From Phyllobacterium sp. (GTDB lineage: Bacteria; Pseudomonadota; Alphaproteobacteria; Rhizobiales; Rhizobiaceae), in the NCBI GenBank assembly GCA_050726055.1, contig JBOHIW010000013.1, positions 59,044 to 123,043 on the forward strand: 64,000 nt of DNA, read 5' to 3'. Position numbers and translations under genes: made by a program. This document shows, in pieces, positions 28,994-38,361 of the stretch. Each line of letters begins with the position of its first letter. Position 1 is the first letter of the stretch. The notes under the pieces are model-generated. The model was not told where the DNA came from and searched no databases. It saw nothing but the letters and a program-made list of their open reading frames with translations.

Positions 28994-30849
28994 TATTCAC
29001 TCCGTTCTGCGTCAGGATGCTTCTGCGCCAATGCAGTTGCCGTTTCCTGACTGAGGGGCTGGCCGGATTTGCGCGGCACCGACAGGGGGGTCGGAACCGG
29101 CGTGTTGCCCTTCATCATCTTGCGGGCGGCAGTCTGGTCGCCCGTGATCTGAAGATCAAGCCGCTCGCGGTCGCGGCGGCGCACATCCTCGATGAGTTCG
29201 GCAGCCTCGTCCTGATCGACGCCGAGCGTTTCCAGGGTGGCCTGACCGAAAACGAGCGCGGACTCGAAGGTTTCGCGAATCTGGAAATCGACGCCTGCAT
29301 GAATGAGTTCGATGGCGTTGCCGCGATCGAAGGCGCGAGCCAGAACCTTGACGAGGGGAAACTCGTTCTTGAGATGATGGGCGATCGTCGTGATGGTTTC
29401 GGATTTCTCGACGCAAATGAGAACGGCTTCGGCGCGTCCTGCGCCTGCCGCATGAAGAATATCGAGCCGCGTTCCGTCGCCGTAATAGACCTTGAAGCCG
29501 AATTCGGCTGCGGCCTGGATCATTTCCACGTCATTGTCGATGATCGACACATCGACGCCGCGCAGCAGGAGCGGCTGGCTGACAATCTGGCCGAAGCGCC
29601 CGAAGCCGATGATCAGGACGCTGCCCGACAGTTCCTCCGCGATGTCCACGCCGTCCAGCGATTGCACCCGTTTCGGCTGAAGGTGGCGCAGCCCGATGAT
29701 GAGAAGCGGGGTCAGCACCATCGACAGGATGACCACGGCGGTGAGGATCGCATTGTCCCTGCCGTCGATAATGCCGACTGCCAGCGCCGAGGAATAGAGC
29801 ACGAAGGCGAATTCGCCGCCCTGCGCCATGACGACAGCGCGTTGCAACGCTTCAGGGTGCGGGGATCGCAGAAGGCGGGCCACCAGATAGATGCCAAGCG
29901 CCTTCACCGCCATGTAGGCGAGCACATAGCCGATGACCATCTGCCAGTTTTCAACGACCACGCGCACGTCCAGAGACATGCCGACTGCCAGGAAGAACAG
30001 CCCGAGCAGGATGCCGCGGAAGGGCTCGATGTCGGCTTCAAGTTGATGGCGGAAGGTGGATTCGGAAAGAAGGACACCCGCGAGAAACGCGCCCATCGCC
30101 ATGGAAAGGCCGCTCATCTGCATGGCGAGGGCCGAACCCAGAACGACAAGCAATGCGGCGGCGGTCATCACCTCGCGGGCGCGCGAATCGGCCAGAATGC
30201 GGAAAAGCGGGTTCAGCAGATACCGGCCCGCGACCACCAGCGCCACGATCGCGCCGATGCCGATGAATATTTCCTGGATGCGTTCCGCGATGCCTGTGGT
30301 TTCCGCTCCCGGCGCAATGGGCGCGAGGAAGGCGACCAGTGCCAGCAGCGGCACGATGGCCAGGTCTTCCAGCAGCAGGATCGATATCATCTTCTGGCCT
30401 GTCGGCGTGCCGGTTTCGCCGCGTTCCTCCAGAAGCTGGATGACGATGGCGGTGGATGTAAGCACGAAGCCGGAGGCGGCAATGAAGGATGGGATGAGCG
30501 GAAAGCCCGTGAAATAGCCGACGCCTGTCAGCAAACATGTACAGATGCCGACCTGAAGAGCGCCGAGCCCGAAGATCTCGCCGCGCAGGCCCCATAGTTT
30601 CGAGGGCTGCATCTCAAGGCCGATGATGAAGAGAAACATGACGACGCCGAGTTCGGCGACATGCAGGATGGTGGCGGGGTCCGAGAATAATCCGAACCCG
30701 AAAGGGCCGATCACAAGACCAGCCGCCAGATAGCCGAGAATGGAGCCAAGCCCGAGCCGCTTGAAAACCGGAACCGCGATCACACCGGCTGCAAGCAGCA
30801 CAACCACGCTGACGAGATCAGGACCATGGGTTGCTGCTTCTGCGGCCAT
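28993..30849 (-). CDS. kefC: CPA2 family K+/H+ efflux antiporter with KTN/RCK domain (KefB/KefC)
   Basis: AELGVVMFLFIIGLE, LLLEDLA, LEADIEPFRGILLGLFF, QGGEFAFV, GFGRFGQ, YYGDGTRLDIL.AAG. Confidence 0.88.
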   Translation of the reverse strand: MAAEAATHGPDLVSVVVLLAAGVIAVPVFKRLGLGSILGYLAAGLVIGPFGFGLFSDPATILHVAELGVVMFLFIIGLEMQPSKLWGLRGEIFGLGALQVGICTCLLTGVGYFTGFPLIPSFIAASGFVLTSTAIVIQLLEERGETGTPTGQKMISILLLEDLAIVPLLALVAFLAPIAPGAETTGIAERIQEIFIGIGAIVALVVAGRYLLNPLFRILADSRAREVMTAAALLVVLGSALAMQMSGLSMAMGAFLAGVLLSESTFRHQLEADIEPFRGILLGLFFLAVGMSLDVRVVVENWQMVIGYVLAYMAVKALGIYLVARLLRSPHPEALQRAVVMAQGGEFAFVLYSSALAVGIIDGRDNAILTAVVILSMVLTPLLIIGLRHLQPKRVQSLDGVDIAEELSGSVLIIGFGRFGQIVSQPLLLRGVDVSIIDNDVEMIQAAAEFGFKVYYGDGTRLDILHAAGAGRAEAVLICVEKSETITTIAHHLKNEFPLVKVLARAFDRGNAIELIHAGVDFQIRETFESALVFGQATLETLGVDQDEAAELIEDVRRRDRERLDLQITGDQTAARKMMKGNTPVPTPLSVPRKSGQPLSQETATALAQKHPDAERSE

Positions 30850-30953
30850 AGAGGGTTCCTTCTGTCGGTCCGGTCATGAGCCCGTGATGCCAGAGCGGCA
30901 AAGGGCGGAGAAGAATTCTATTTGTACGTTGAAGTGGGAATTTCAAGAAAGGA

Positions 30954-32321
30954 TTATTTTTCTTGCAGGGCCCTGTCCCACGCAGCGGCATAGTTTGTGA
31001 AGGCTGCCGGAAGCGTCAGGGTTGAGGGGCTTTCCCGTGGCGGCGCAATGCGCGCGCCCGCAAGCAGGGCCGCTCCATGGCTCGTGCCGGTCGAGCCGGG
31101 AACTGCGATGACGGGACGCCCCGTCAGATTTTGCAGGGCTGCGACGTAGATCGCGTTTCGTGCAAGAGGGCCCTCGACGATCGTTGGCCCGTCCGCACCG
31201 ATCAACCCGAGGCTGACATTGTTCATGAGAGCCACATAAAGCGACGCGGCCGCCGTGCGTTCGGCATGGTTTATCGGCTTGCCGTTCGGCCAGCTCGCGA
31301 TGCGGTTGGGGTAGGGGCCTGTGCCGGTCGCGATGCTCGGCAGCACCATGATGCGGCCGTCGATGACCCGATATAGCGCTTCCTCGTCCGGCTCGACCGG
31401 TTCGCCCTGCGTCAGCGTGTCGAATTCCCGCCCGCCCATGAAGCGCGACGAGGGGACGGCGCGGCCATAGGCGTCGACATTGGCCAGCGTGTCGCGCGCC
31501 GGATCGAGCCTGTCGAATTGCCCGCCGACGGCGAAGGATATCACCCACGTGCCGGTCGAAACGACGGAGAAGGGCGCTTTGCGGTCTGTCAGGTGCGGCA
31601 GCAGCGAGGCGTTCGAATCGTGCATGCCGCAATGGACCGGGACTGGCTTGTCGACGCCGATATGGTCTGCAATTTCTGGCAGCAGCGAGCCGATAGAATC
31701 AAAGGAGGAGCGGACAGGAGCCATGAGGCTGCGCAGTTCCATCCTGTCCGTTAATGACGAAAACACGCCTTCGCGTGGCCGCCAGAGATCGCTGTGGCAG
31801 CCGAGCGACGTCACTTCGTTCACGGCGTTTCCGGTGAGCCGCCAGACCCAGTATTGGGGATAGGTGACGATGGTTCTGACCTTCGCGAACAAGTCGGGAA
31901 AACCTGTCTTCTGAAAATGGATTTGCGCACCGAGATTGAGCCCCCCGGTGAGGGGCGGGGAACAGGTTTCGGCAAAGTCGGGCCGAAGCGCGCGATAGGC
32001 CTTTTGAATGGCGTCTGGATAGATATGCTCATAATCCAGCACCGGCATGGCCAGCCCATCCTCGCCCAACAGGGCCGCACTTGCCCCATGGGTCGTCACG
32101 GAGATGGCGTCAATGCCCGGTTCCCGCGCGAACTCCTTGAGAGCCGACAGGAAGAAAGCCCATAGCCGGTCGACATCGTAATGCGGGTAGGGGGCGGTTG
32201 CGATGACGCGATTGGGCGTCGTGCGCGCGGCCAGTTCCTTCCCCGTTTCGCCATCGACGATAACGAGCTTGGCATTGGTCTTGCCGACATCGATGACGGC
32301 TATGCGGAGAGCGGAATTCAT
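30954..32321 (-). CDS. rhaK: FGGY family rhamnose/rhamnulose kinase
   Basis: AVIDVGKTNAK, TSLGCHSDLW, GMHDSNASL, STGTW; last gene of the rha operon. Confidence 0.88.
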   Translation of the reverse strand: MNSALRIAVIDVGKTNAKLVIVDGETGKELAARTTPNRVIATAPYPHYDVDRLWAFFLSALKEFAREPGIDAISVTTHGASAALLGEDGLAMPVLDYEHIYPDAIQKAYRALRPDFAETCSPPLTGGLNLGAQIHFQKTGFPDLFAKVRTIVTYPQYWVWRLTGNAVNEVTSLGCHSDLWRPREGVFSSLTDRMELRSLMAPVRSSFDSIGSLLPEIADHIGVDKPVPVHCGMHDSNASLLPHLTDRKAPFSVVSTGTWVISFAVGGQFDRLDPARDTLANVDAYGRAVPSSRFMGGREFDTLTQGEPVEPDEEALYRVIDGRIMVLPSIATGTGPYPNRIASWPNGKPINHAERTAAASLYVALMNNVSLGLIGADGPTIVEGPLARNAIYVAALQNLTGRPVIAVPGSTGTSHGAALLAGARIAPPRESPSTLTLPAAFTNYAAAWDRALQEK

Positions 32322-32327
32322 GGGCGA

Positions 32328-32651
32328 TCAGGGCATATGGAAAGCGGGGGCAAGATCGGTCTGGACGGGTGAATTGTCCGGATTTGTCTCCATGATATCG
32401 GCCATGTGCGCCCACCATTCCTTCATGACCGGATGCTCCGGCAGGCTGTCCATCGCATGATCGGCCGGACGGCTCAGAACGCCGAAAAGCGTGTTGGTTT
32501 CGCGGTCGAGAAAAATGGAATAATCCGATGCGCCCGACTGGTGCAGAAGCGCCACAAGCTCCGGCCAGATTTCGTCATGGCGGCGCTTGTATTCGGCTTC
32601 CATGCCCGGTTTGAGATGCATCTTGAAAGCATGCTTTTCCATGGCGCTCAT
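32328..32651 (-). CDS. rhaM: L-rhamnose mutarotase (RhaM/RhaU)
   Basis: [43 protein letters not shown]; ATGA overlap with rhaQ. Confidence 0.92.
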   Translation of the reverse strand: MSAMEKHAFKMHLKPGMEAEYKRRHDEIWPELVALLHQSGASDYSIFLDRETNTLFGVLSRPADHAMDSLPEHPVMKEWWAHMADIMETNPDNSPVQTDLAPAFHMP

Positions 32652-33649
32652 GCGGGCTTCCCGTGTTGCAGACGGCGAATGATGATCGGCAGGGAAATCG
32701 TGACGATGAGCAGCAGGCCCACGAAAATCGACATGACGATGCCCGGCACGTTGAGCAGCCCCAGCCCGAACGTGACCAGCCCCATCACGAAGGCCGCGAT
32801 GACCACACCGCCGATGGTGCCAGAACCGCCAAGGATCGACACGCCGCCGAGAACGACCATGGTAACGATTTCCAGTTCCCAGCCCTGTGCAATGGAGGGG
32901 CGGGTGGAGCCGAGCCGCGAGGTCAGGCACACGGAGGCTACGCCCGCCATGACACCGGTCAGCAGGAACAGGATGAACTTGATGCGCTCGACTCGGATGC
33001 CGGAAAACCGCGCCGCGAACTCGTTGTTGCCAATGGCGTAGACGCGCCGCCCGAAGGTGGTGGCATGCAGCAGGATGGCGAAGAGGATCGCGAAGATCAC
33101 GAAAAGCAGGAATTCAAACGAAATCACCCAGAACACATAGCCCTGTCCGAAATAGGCGAAGGAATCCGGGTAGTCGCCATAGGCCTGATCGCCGAGAACG
33201 ATATAGGCGATGCCGCGAAACAGGCTCATCGTGCCGATGGTGACGACGATGGATGGCAATTTCAGCCCCGCAACGAGCGTGCCGTTGAACGCGCCGCAGG
33301 CCAGGCCCGTGCCGATCCCGATGGCGACCAGCCCCGGCGTTCCGACGCCAGCCTGCGCCGCAGCACCCATGGCGGTCGAGGCGAGCGCGATGATCGCCGC
33401 GACGGAAAGGTCGATCTCCCCGGCAATGATCAGCAGCGCCATGGCGAAGGCGATCATCGCCTTTTCGGTGAAGTTGAACGTCGCGTCAGAGAGGTTCCAC
33501 GCGTTCAGGAAATATGGCGAGGCAAAGGAATTGGCGATGAAGATCAGGATCGCGACACCGAGAAGCAGGGTCTCCCAGCTTGAGAAGAGCCGCGTGAGCG
33601 ATGTTCCGAGCCTGTCGGGAATGTGACGCTTTTCGACCGGGGCGCTCAT
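32648..33649 (-). CDS. rhaQ: Rhamnose ABC transporter permease
   Basis: RbsC-type permease ([30 protein letters not shown]) within the rha operon. Confidence 0.9.
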   Translation of the reverse strand: MSAPVEKRHIPDRLGTSLTRLFSSWETLLLGVAILIFIANSFASPYFLNAWNLSDATFNFTEKAMIAFAMALLIIAGEIDLSVAAIIALASTAMGAAAQAGVGTPGLVAIGIGTGLACGAFNGTLVAGLKLPSIVVTIGTMSLFRGIAYIVLGDQAYGDYPDSFAYFGQGYVFWVISFEFLLFVIFAILFAILLHATTFGRRVYAIGNNEFAARFSGIRVERIKFILFLLTGVMAGVASVCLTSRLGSTRPSIAQGWELEIVTMVVLGGVSILGGSGTIGGVVIAAFVMGLVTFGLGLLNVPGIVMSIFVGLLLIVTISLPIIIRRLQHGKPA

Positions 33650-34659
33650 GCGGTGGCCTCTTTGCCAATAGGTTCTTCATAGGTTTTCGCGCCCTTGTCG
33701 CGCAGGATGATGCGGCCCTTGCGGCGCTCCTGACGGGCATTGAATATAACGGCGAGAATGATGACGGAGCCCGAAATCGCCATCTGCCAGAAGGGCGAGA
33801 TATCGATGACGGGAAGCGCGTTCTTGATGACGCCGAGGAAAAGCGCGCCAAGCACCGCACCCGCGACGGAGCCGATGCCGCCGAGTATAGAAATGCCGCC
33901 GATGACGCAGGCCGCGACCGTATCGAGTTCAAAACCGGCGGCGACATCGACATAGGCGACGGCGTAGCGCGACACCCAGAGATAGCCGCACAGGCCCGCG
34001 AGCGCGCCGGAAAGGACGAAGGCGAGGAAGCGCGTTCGGCCGACATCGATCCCCGCATAGACGGCGGCGGTCGGGTTGCCGCCGGACGCGTAGATGGCGC
34101 GGCCCAAGAATGTACGGTTCATCACGACATAGATGATTGCGATGATGGCGATCGCCGTCCAGCCGAGGATGGGCAAGCCAAGGAAAACATGGCGCGGCGT
34201 CTGGAGAAAGCTCTCCGTCATCTGGTGCGCATTGACCCAACCGCCGCCGGACAGCACGAAAGCCATGCCGCGATAGATGGTGAGCGTTCCAAGCGTCACG
34301 ACAATGGCCGGAATGTCGAGTTTCCACACCAGAAGGCCGTTGATCGCGCCGAGGATCGCGCCGATGCCGACTGAGGCGAGAATGAGCAGGGCCAGCGGGA
34401 TTTCGGGATGCGCGGCGTTCAGCATGGCAACCGCCATGCCGGTGAAGGCGAGGTTCGCCGCCACCGACAGGTCGATGGATTTGGTCATGATGACGGCCAT
34501 CTGGCCGAGCGCCAGGATCATCAGGATCGACGTGTCGTTGAAGATATTGGCGAGGTTTTTCGGCGTGGCGAAGCCCGGCGCGCGGGTCGAGAAGGCCGCG
34601 ATCAGCACGGCAATGATGCCAACCAGCAGGATTTCGCGATGTTTGAGAATATGCTTCAT
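33646..34659 (-). CDS. rhaP: Rhamnose ABC transporter permease
   Basis: RbsC-type permease (IDLSVAAN, GRAIYASGGN, FELDTVAACVIGG). Confidence 0.9.
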   Translation of the reverse strand: MKHILKHREILLVGIIAVLIAAFSTRAPGFATPKNLANIFNDTSILMILALGQMAVIMTKSIDLSVAANLAFTGMAVAMLNAAHPEIPLALLILASVGIGAILGAINGLLVWKLDIPAIVVTLGTLTIYRGMAFVLSGGGWVNAHQMTESFLQTPRHVFLGLPILGWTAIAIIAIIYVVMNRTFLGRAIYASGGNPTAAVYAGIDVGRTRFLAFVLSGALAGLCGYLWVSRYAVAYVDVAAGFELDTVAACVIGGISILGGIGSVAGAVLGALFLGVIKNALPVIDISPFWQMAISGSVIILAVIFNARQERRKGRIILRDKGAKTYEEPIGKEATA

Positions 34660-34660
34660 G

Positions 34661-36205
34661 TCATGCGTTTCCTGTGGCGGCGCGCACCAGCGCTTCCGCG
34701 TCGAGATCGCCCCGTTCGAACTGGCCGACGCCAAGCCCCTCGCGCATCACCAGAACGCGGTCGGACATGCCGATGATCTCCGGCAATTCGGAAGAAATCA
34801 TGATGATGCTCAGCCCTTCGGCCGCCAGTTCGCTGATGAAAGCGTGAACCGCGGCCTTCGAACCGATATCGATGCCTTTGGTCGGCTCATCGAGGATGAT
34901 GACCCTGGGTTGCGTCGCCAGCCATTTGCCGATGACGACTTTCTGCTGGTTACCGCCGGACAGCGTGCCGACCGGCACCGAAAGTGCGGCGGCGCGCAGA
35001 TCGAAACGCTCGGCATATTTGCGGGCGAGGGCGAACTCCGCCGCCGCGCGCAGGAAGCCGGATCGGGCGGTCCGCGCCAGCGACGGCAGCGAGATGTTCT
35101 GGTAGATGGGCAATTGCAGGACAGCGCCGTGACGGCCGCGCTCTTCCGGCACATAGACGATGCCGTGGCGAATGGCTTCGTTCGGGCTCGCCACCGTTAT
35201 TTCCCGGCCCCCCAGCGACAGCCTGCCGGACGAGGGCCTGGTGACGCCGAACAGCGATTGCGCGATTTCCGAGCGCCCGGCGCCGACAAGCCCGTAAACG
35301 CCGAGGATTTCGCCGCGCCGCAGCTCGAAGGAGATATCGCGAAATTCCGTCGGGTGAGAATAGTTCTCGACCTTGAGAACGGTTTCGCCGGGTGTCACGT
35401 CGATTTTCGGGAAGGCCCGATCGACCGAGCGCCCGACCATCATGCGAACGATCTCGTTTTGCGGCGTATCCTTCAGCGCGCCGTGGCCCACCGATTTTCC
35501 GTCACGGAAAACCGCGTAGTTATCGGCGATTTCATAGACTTCATCGAATTTGTGGCTGATGAAGAGGATTGCCTTGTCCTGCGCCTTGAGCCTTCCGACG
35601 ATCTGGAAGAGGTCATCGACCTCCTTGCGCGAAAGAGCAGCCGTCGGTTCGTCCATGATGACGATGCGGGCGTCGACGGAGAGCGCGCGCGCAATGGCGA
35701 CGAGGTGGCGCTGGGCGATGGAAAGATCCTTCAGCCGCACGCGCGGATCGATATTGGTCTCGAGTGTATGCAGCAGGGCAAGCGCCCGCGCATTCATCGC
35801 CGACCAGTTGACCAGGCCGAAGCGGTTTTTCGGCGCGTGGCCTAGAAAGATGTTTTCGGCCACCGACAGTTCGTCGAACAGCACCGTTTCCTGATGGATG
35901 GCGGTGACGCCATGATCGATGGCGGTCTGCGCGTTCGGGAATTCAGCGGGATTGCCATCGACAAGGATCTGCCCTTCGTCGGGGTGGTAGATGCCGGTCA
36001 AAATCTTGACGAGGGTGGATTTGCCAGCGCCATTCTCGCCGATCAGCGCGGCAACCGTGCCGGGGAAAAGCCGGATATCGACATTGTCCAGTGCCTTCAC
36101 ACCCGGAAAGCTCTTGGAAATGCCGCGCATTTCGAGAAGCGGGGTCGGGTCGGGTCGCGGGGTCGTGGAAGCCTGCATGTCCTTGGCGATCGCAATACTT
36201 GTCAT
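34661..36205 (-). CDS. rhaT: Rhamnose ABC transporter ATP-binding protein (duplicated NBD)
   Basis: GENGAGKST, MDEPT, FISHK, LSGGNQQK. Confidence 0.92.
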   Translation of the reverse strand: MTSIAIAKDMQASTTPRPDPTPLLEMRGISKSFPGVKALDNVDIRLFPGTVAALIGENGAGKSTLVKILTGIYHPDEGQILVDGNPAEFPNAQTAIDHGVTAIHQETVLFDELSVAENIFLGHAPKNRFGLVNWSAMNARALALLHTLETNIDPRVRLKDLSIAQRHLVAIARALSVDARIVIMDEPTAALSRKEVDDLFQIVGRLKAQDKAILFISHKFDEVYEIADNYAVFRDGKSVGHGALKDTPQNEIVRMMVGRSVDRAFPKIDVTPGETVLKVENYSHPTEFRDISFELRRGEILGVYGLVGAGRSEIAQSLFGVTRPSSGRLSLGGREITVASPNEAIRHGIVYVPEERGRHGAVLQLPIYQNISLPSLARTARSGFLRAAAEFALARKYAERFDLRAAALSVPVGTLSGGNQQKVVIGKWLATQPRVIILDEPTKGIDIGSKAAVHAFISELAAEGLSIIMISSELPEIIGMSDRVLVMREGLGVGQFERGDLDAEALVRAATGNA

Positions 36206-36274
36206 GGATGTACCGTATCGAGACAGAGAGGCCCGGCGGCATGACCGCCGGGCTTTATCGGGTTTTTCGCTAGA

Positions 36275-37270
36275 TCAGAAGATCTTGGAGAATTCGTCGA
36301 TGTTGGACTTGTCGTAGATGAACGGATCGGACATGGCTGCTTCGCCATTGGCGCCGATCTTGATCTTGCCCATGCGGCCGGCTTCGATCTCGCTGCCTTC
36401 AGCGCCGTCCGCATCACCCTTGACGAGGTGGTAGGCGATCTGCGTTGCGGAATAGCCAAGGTCGATCGGGTTCCAGATCGCGAATTCCTTGGTCGCGCCG
36501 GACTTGATGGCGCCCGCCATTTCCGATGGCAGGCCAAGGCCCGTCACGTAGACATCGCCGATCTTCTTGGCGTCAGCCACAGCCTGCGAAGCGGCAAGAA
36601 CGCCAACGGTGGTCGGAGCGACAATGACCTTGACGTTCGGATGCGACGTCAACAGCCCTTGCGCCTCGCGGTAGCTCTTGTCGGCCAGATCATCGCCGTA
36701 AACCGTGGTAACGAGGTTCAGGCCGGGAAAGTCCTTGAGCTGCTTCTTCATCTCATCGATCCAGATGTTCTGGTTGGTCGATGTGGTGGTGGCGGACAGG
36801 ATGGCGAAATCGCCCTTGCCGTCGGGCAGATGGTTGGCGGCCAGTTGCAGGTTCATCCTGCCGATCAACTCGTTCGACGACGGATTGAGATGAACGATAC
36901 GGCCTTCGGGAGCGACGCCCGAATCCCACGAGATGACCTTGATGCCGCGCTGCGCCGCCTTCTTGAGGGCGGGAATGACTGCATCCGGGTCATTGGCGGA
37001 AATCGCGATGGCGTTGACGTTTTGAGCGATGAGGGCGTTGATCACCTCGATCTGGCCTTCAGCCGTGGTGCTGGTCGGGCCGGTATAGATCACCTCGACG
37101 TCGCCCAGCTCTTTTGCTGCTTCCTGCGCGCCCTTGTTGGCTGCTTCAAAAAAGCCATTGCCGAGCGATTTTGCAATGAGTCCGATCTTGATCGTCTCGG
37201 CGTGCGCCTGCGTTGCGAGCATGGCGACGGCCATGGCCGTTCCAAGCGCAAGTGTCTTCAACAGTTTCAT
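36275..37270 (-). CDS. rhaS: Rhamnose ABC transporter substrate-binding protein
   Basis: Signal peptide, AKSLGNGFF, GPTSTTAEGQ, SWDSG, WNPIDLGY. Confidence 0.92.
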   Translation of the reverse strand: MKLLKTLALGTAMAVAMLATQAHAETIKIGLIAKSLGNGFFEAANKGAQEAAKELGDVEVIYTGPTSTTAEGQIEVINALIAQNVNAIAISANDPDAVIPALKKAAQRGIKVISWDSGVAPEGRIVHLNPSSNELIGRMNLQLAANHLPDGKGDFAILSATTTSTNQNIWIDEMKKQLKDFPGLNLVTTVYGDDLADKSYREAQGLLTSHPNVKVIVAPTTVGVLAASQAVADAKKIGDVYVTGLGLPSEMAGAIKSGATKEFAIWNPIDLGYSATQIAYHLVKGDADGAEGSEIEAGRMGKIKIGANGEAAMSDPFIYDKSNIDEFSKIF

Positions 37271-37314
37271 GCCTATTCCTCCCTTGGTTTAATCGAACAC
37301 ACCGCCCCAGTGCG

Positions 37315-38130
37315 TTATCCGGCTGCCGGAACGGAATTCCTCGTCGTTCCCGTCGCGACACCGCTGGCCACGATCAGGTTGATTCCCGCATTCTCGACCA
37401 TCCGGCGATCGGCGTCCGTTATGCCGTCATCCGTGATAATGGTCGTCACGCGCTCAAGCGGGCATAGGATGAGGCTCGAACGGCGCGTGAACTTTGATGA
37501 ATCGACCAGCAGGATCAGCTCGTCCGCCTGGTTGATCAGCTTCTGCTCGCCCTGAATGATCAGCGCGTCGGATTCCATCACGCCGATGGCGCTGACGCCC
37601 TGAGCGCCCATGAACATGCGGCGTGCATAGAAATTGCGTGTCACGTCATTGTCGAAAGGCGAGAGGATGATGCTTTGCTCGCGATAGATTGCGCCGCCCG
37701 GAACGGTCACGGTGCTTTTGGAATGTTTAACCAGATGCTCGGCGATGGCGAATGAATTGGTGAATACCTGCAACCGGCGGCTGGCGAGATAATGCACCAT
37801 CTGGAATGTCGTCGTGCCGCCATTGATGATGATGGCCTCGCCTTCCTCGCAAAGCGCGACTGCCTCGCGCGCGATGGCCCGCTTGCGGTCGGCATTCTCG
37901 GATTCCGAAACGTGGAAATGACGTCCGGCGAGCTGGGTGAGCTGCGGCGGGTGCAGTGCTTCGGCACCGCCGCGCACGCGGCGCAATTTGTTCTGTACGT
38001 GCAGGGCAGCGATATCACGGCGGATCGTCGCTTCCGATGCTTCGGTCAGCTCGACAATATCCTGAATGGTTATGACCGGCTTTTCCTGAACTGCGCTCAG
38101 AATGATCCGGTGGCGTTCGCGCTCGTGCAT
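37315..38130 (-). CDS. rhaR: DeoR/GlpR family regulator of the rha locus
   Basis: ASEATIRRDIAAL HTH, IINGGTT, FMGAQGV, LLVDSSKF. Confidence 0.9.
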   Translation of the reverse strand: MHERERHRIILSAVQEKPVITIQDIVELTEASEATIRRDIAALHVQNKLRRVRGGAEALHPPQLTQLAGRHFHVSESENADRKRAIAREAVALCEEGEAIIINGGTTTFQMVHYLASRRLQVFTNSFAIAEHLVKHSKSTVTVPGGAIYREQSIILSPFDNDVTRNFYARRMFMGAQGVSAIGVMESDALIIQGEQKLINQADELILLVDSSKFTRRSSLILCPLERVTTIITDDGITDADRRMVENAGINLIVASGVATGTTRNSVPAAG

Positions 38131-38170
38131 GGTTGCTCCTCCCTGCGTGCCTATCTATTGCGTCTAGTCT

Positions 38171-38266
38171 TGTCAGTGTCAATCAACTTCGATCAAATAA
38201 TTTCATACCGCATTGCACAATACGGAATATATGATTGAAGTTGATCGTTTGTGATTGACAATGAAA
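38171..38266. promoter_or_regulatory. 10-bp-phased TGAT/ATCA arrays, candidate RhaR operators
   Basis: nnTCA at 38171/38181/38191/38201 and TGAnn at 38232/38242/38252/38262. The two arrays are inverted relative to each other (GTCAATCA-N4-CGATCAA in both orientations). Confidence 0.6.
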
Positions 38267-38361
38267 ACCAGATCGCTCCATATTCTGCGCCACCAGGCAG
38301 ATTGGCGGCATTTTGCCGGCGCGCAAAAATACATTGCGCGCAAAATACATGGGAGGTCGAT

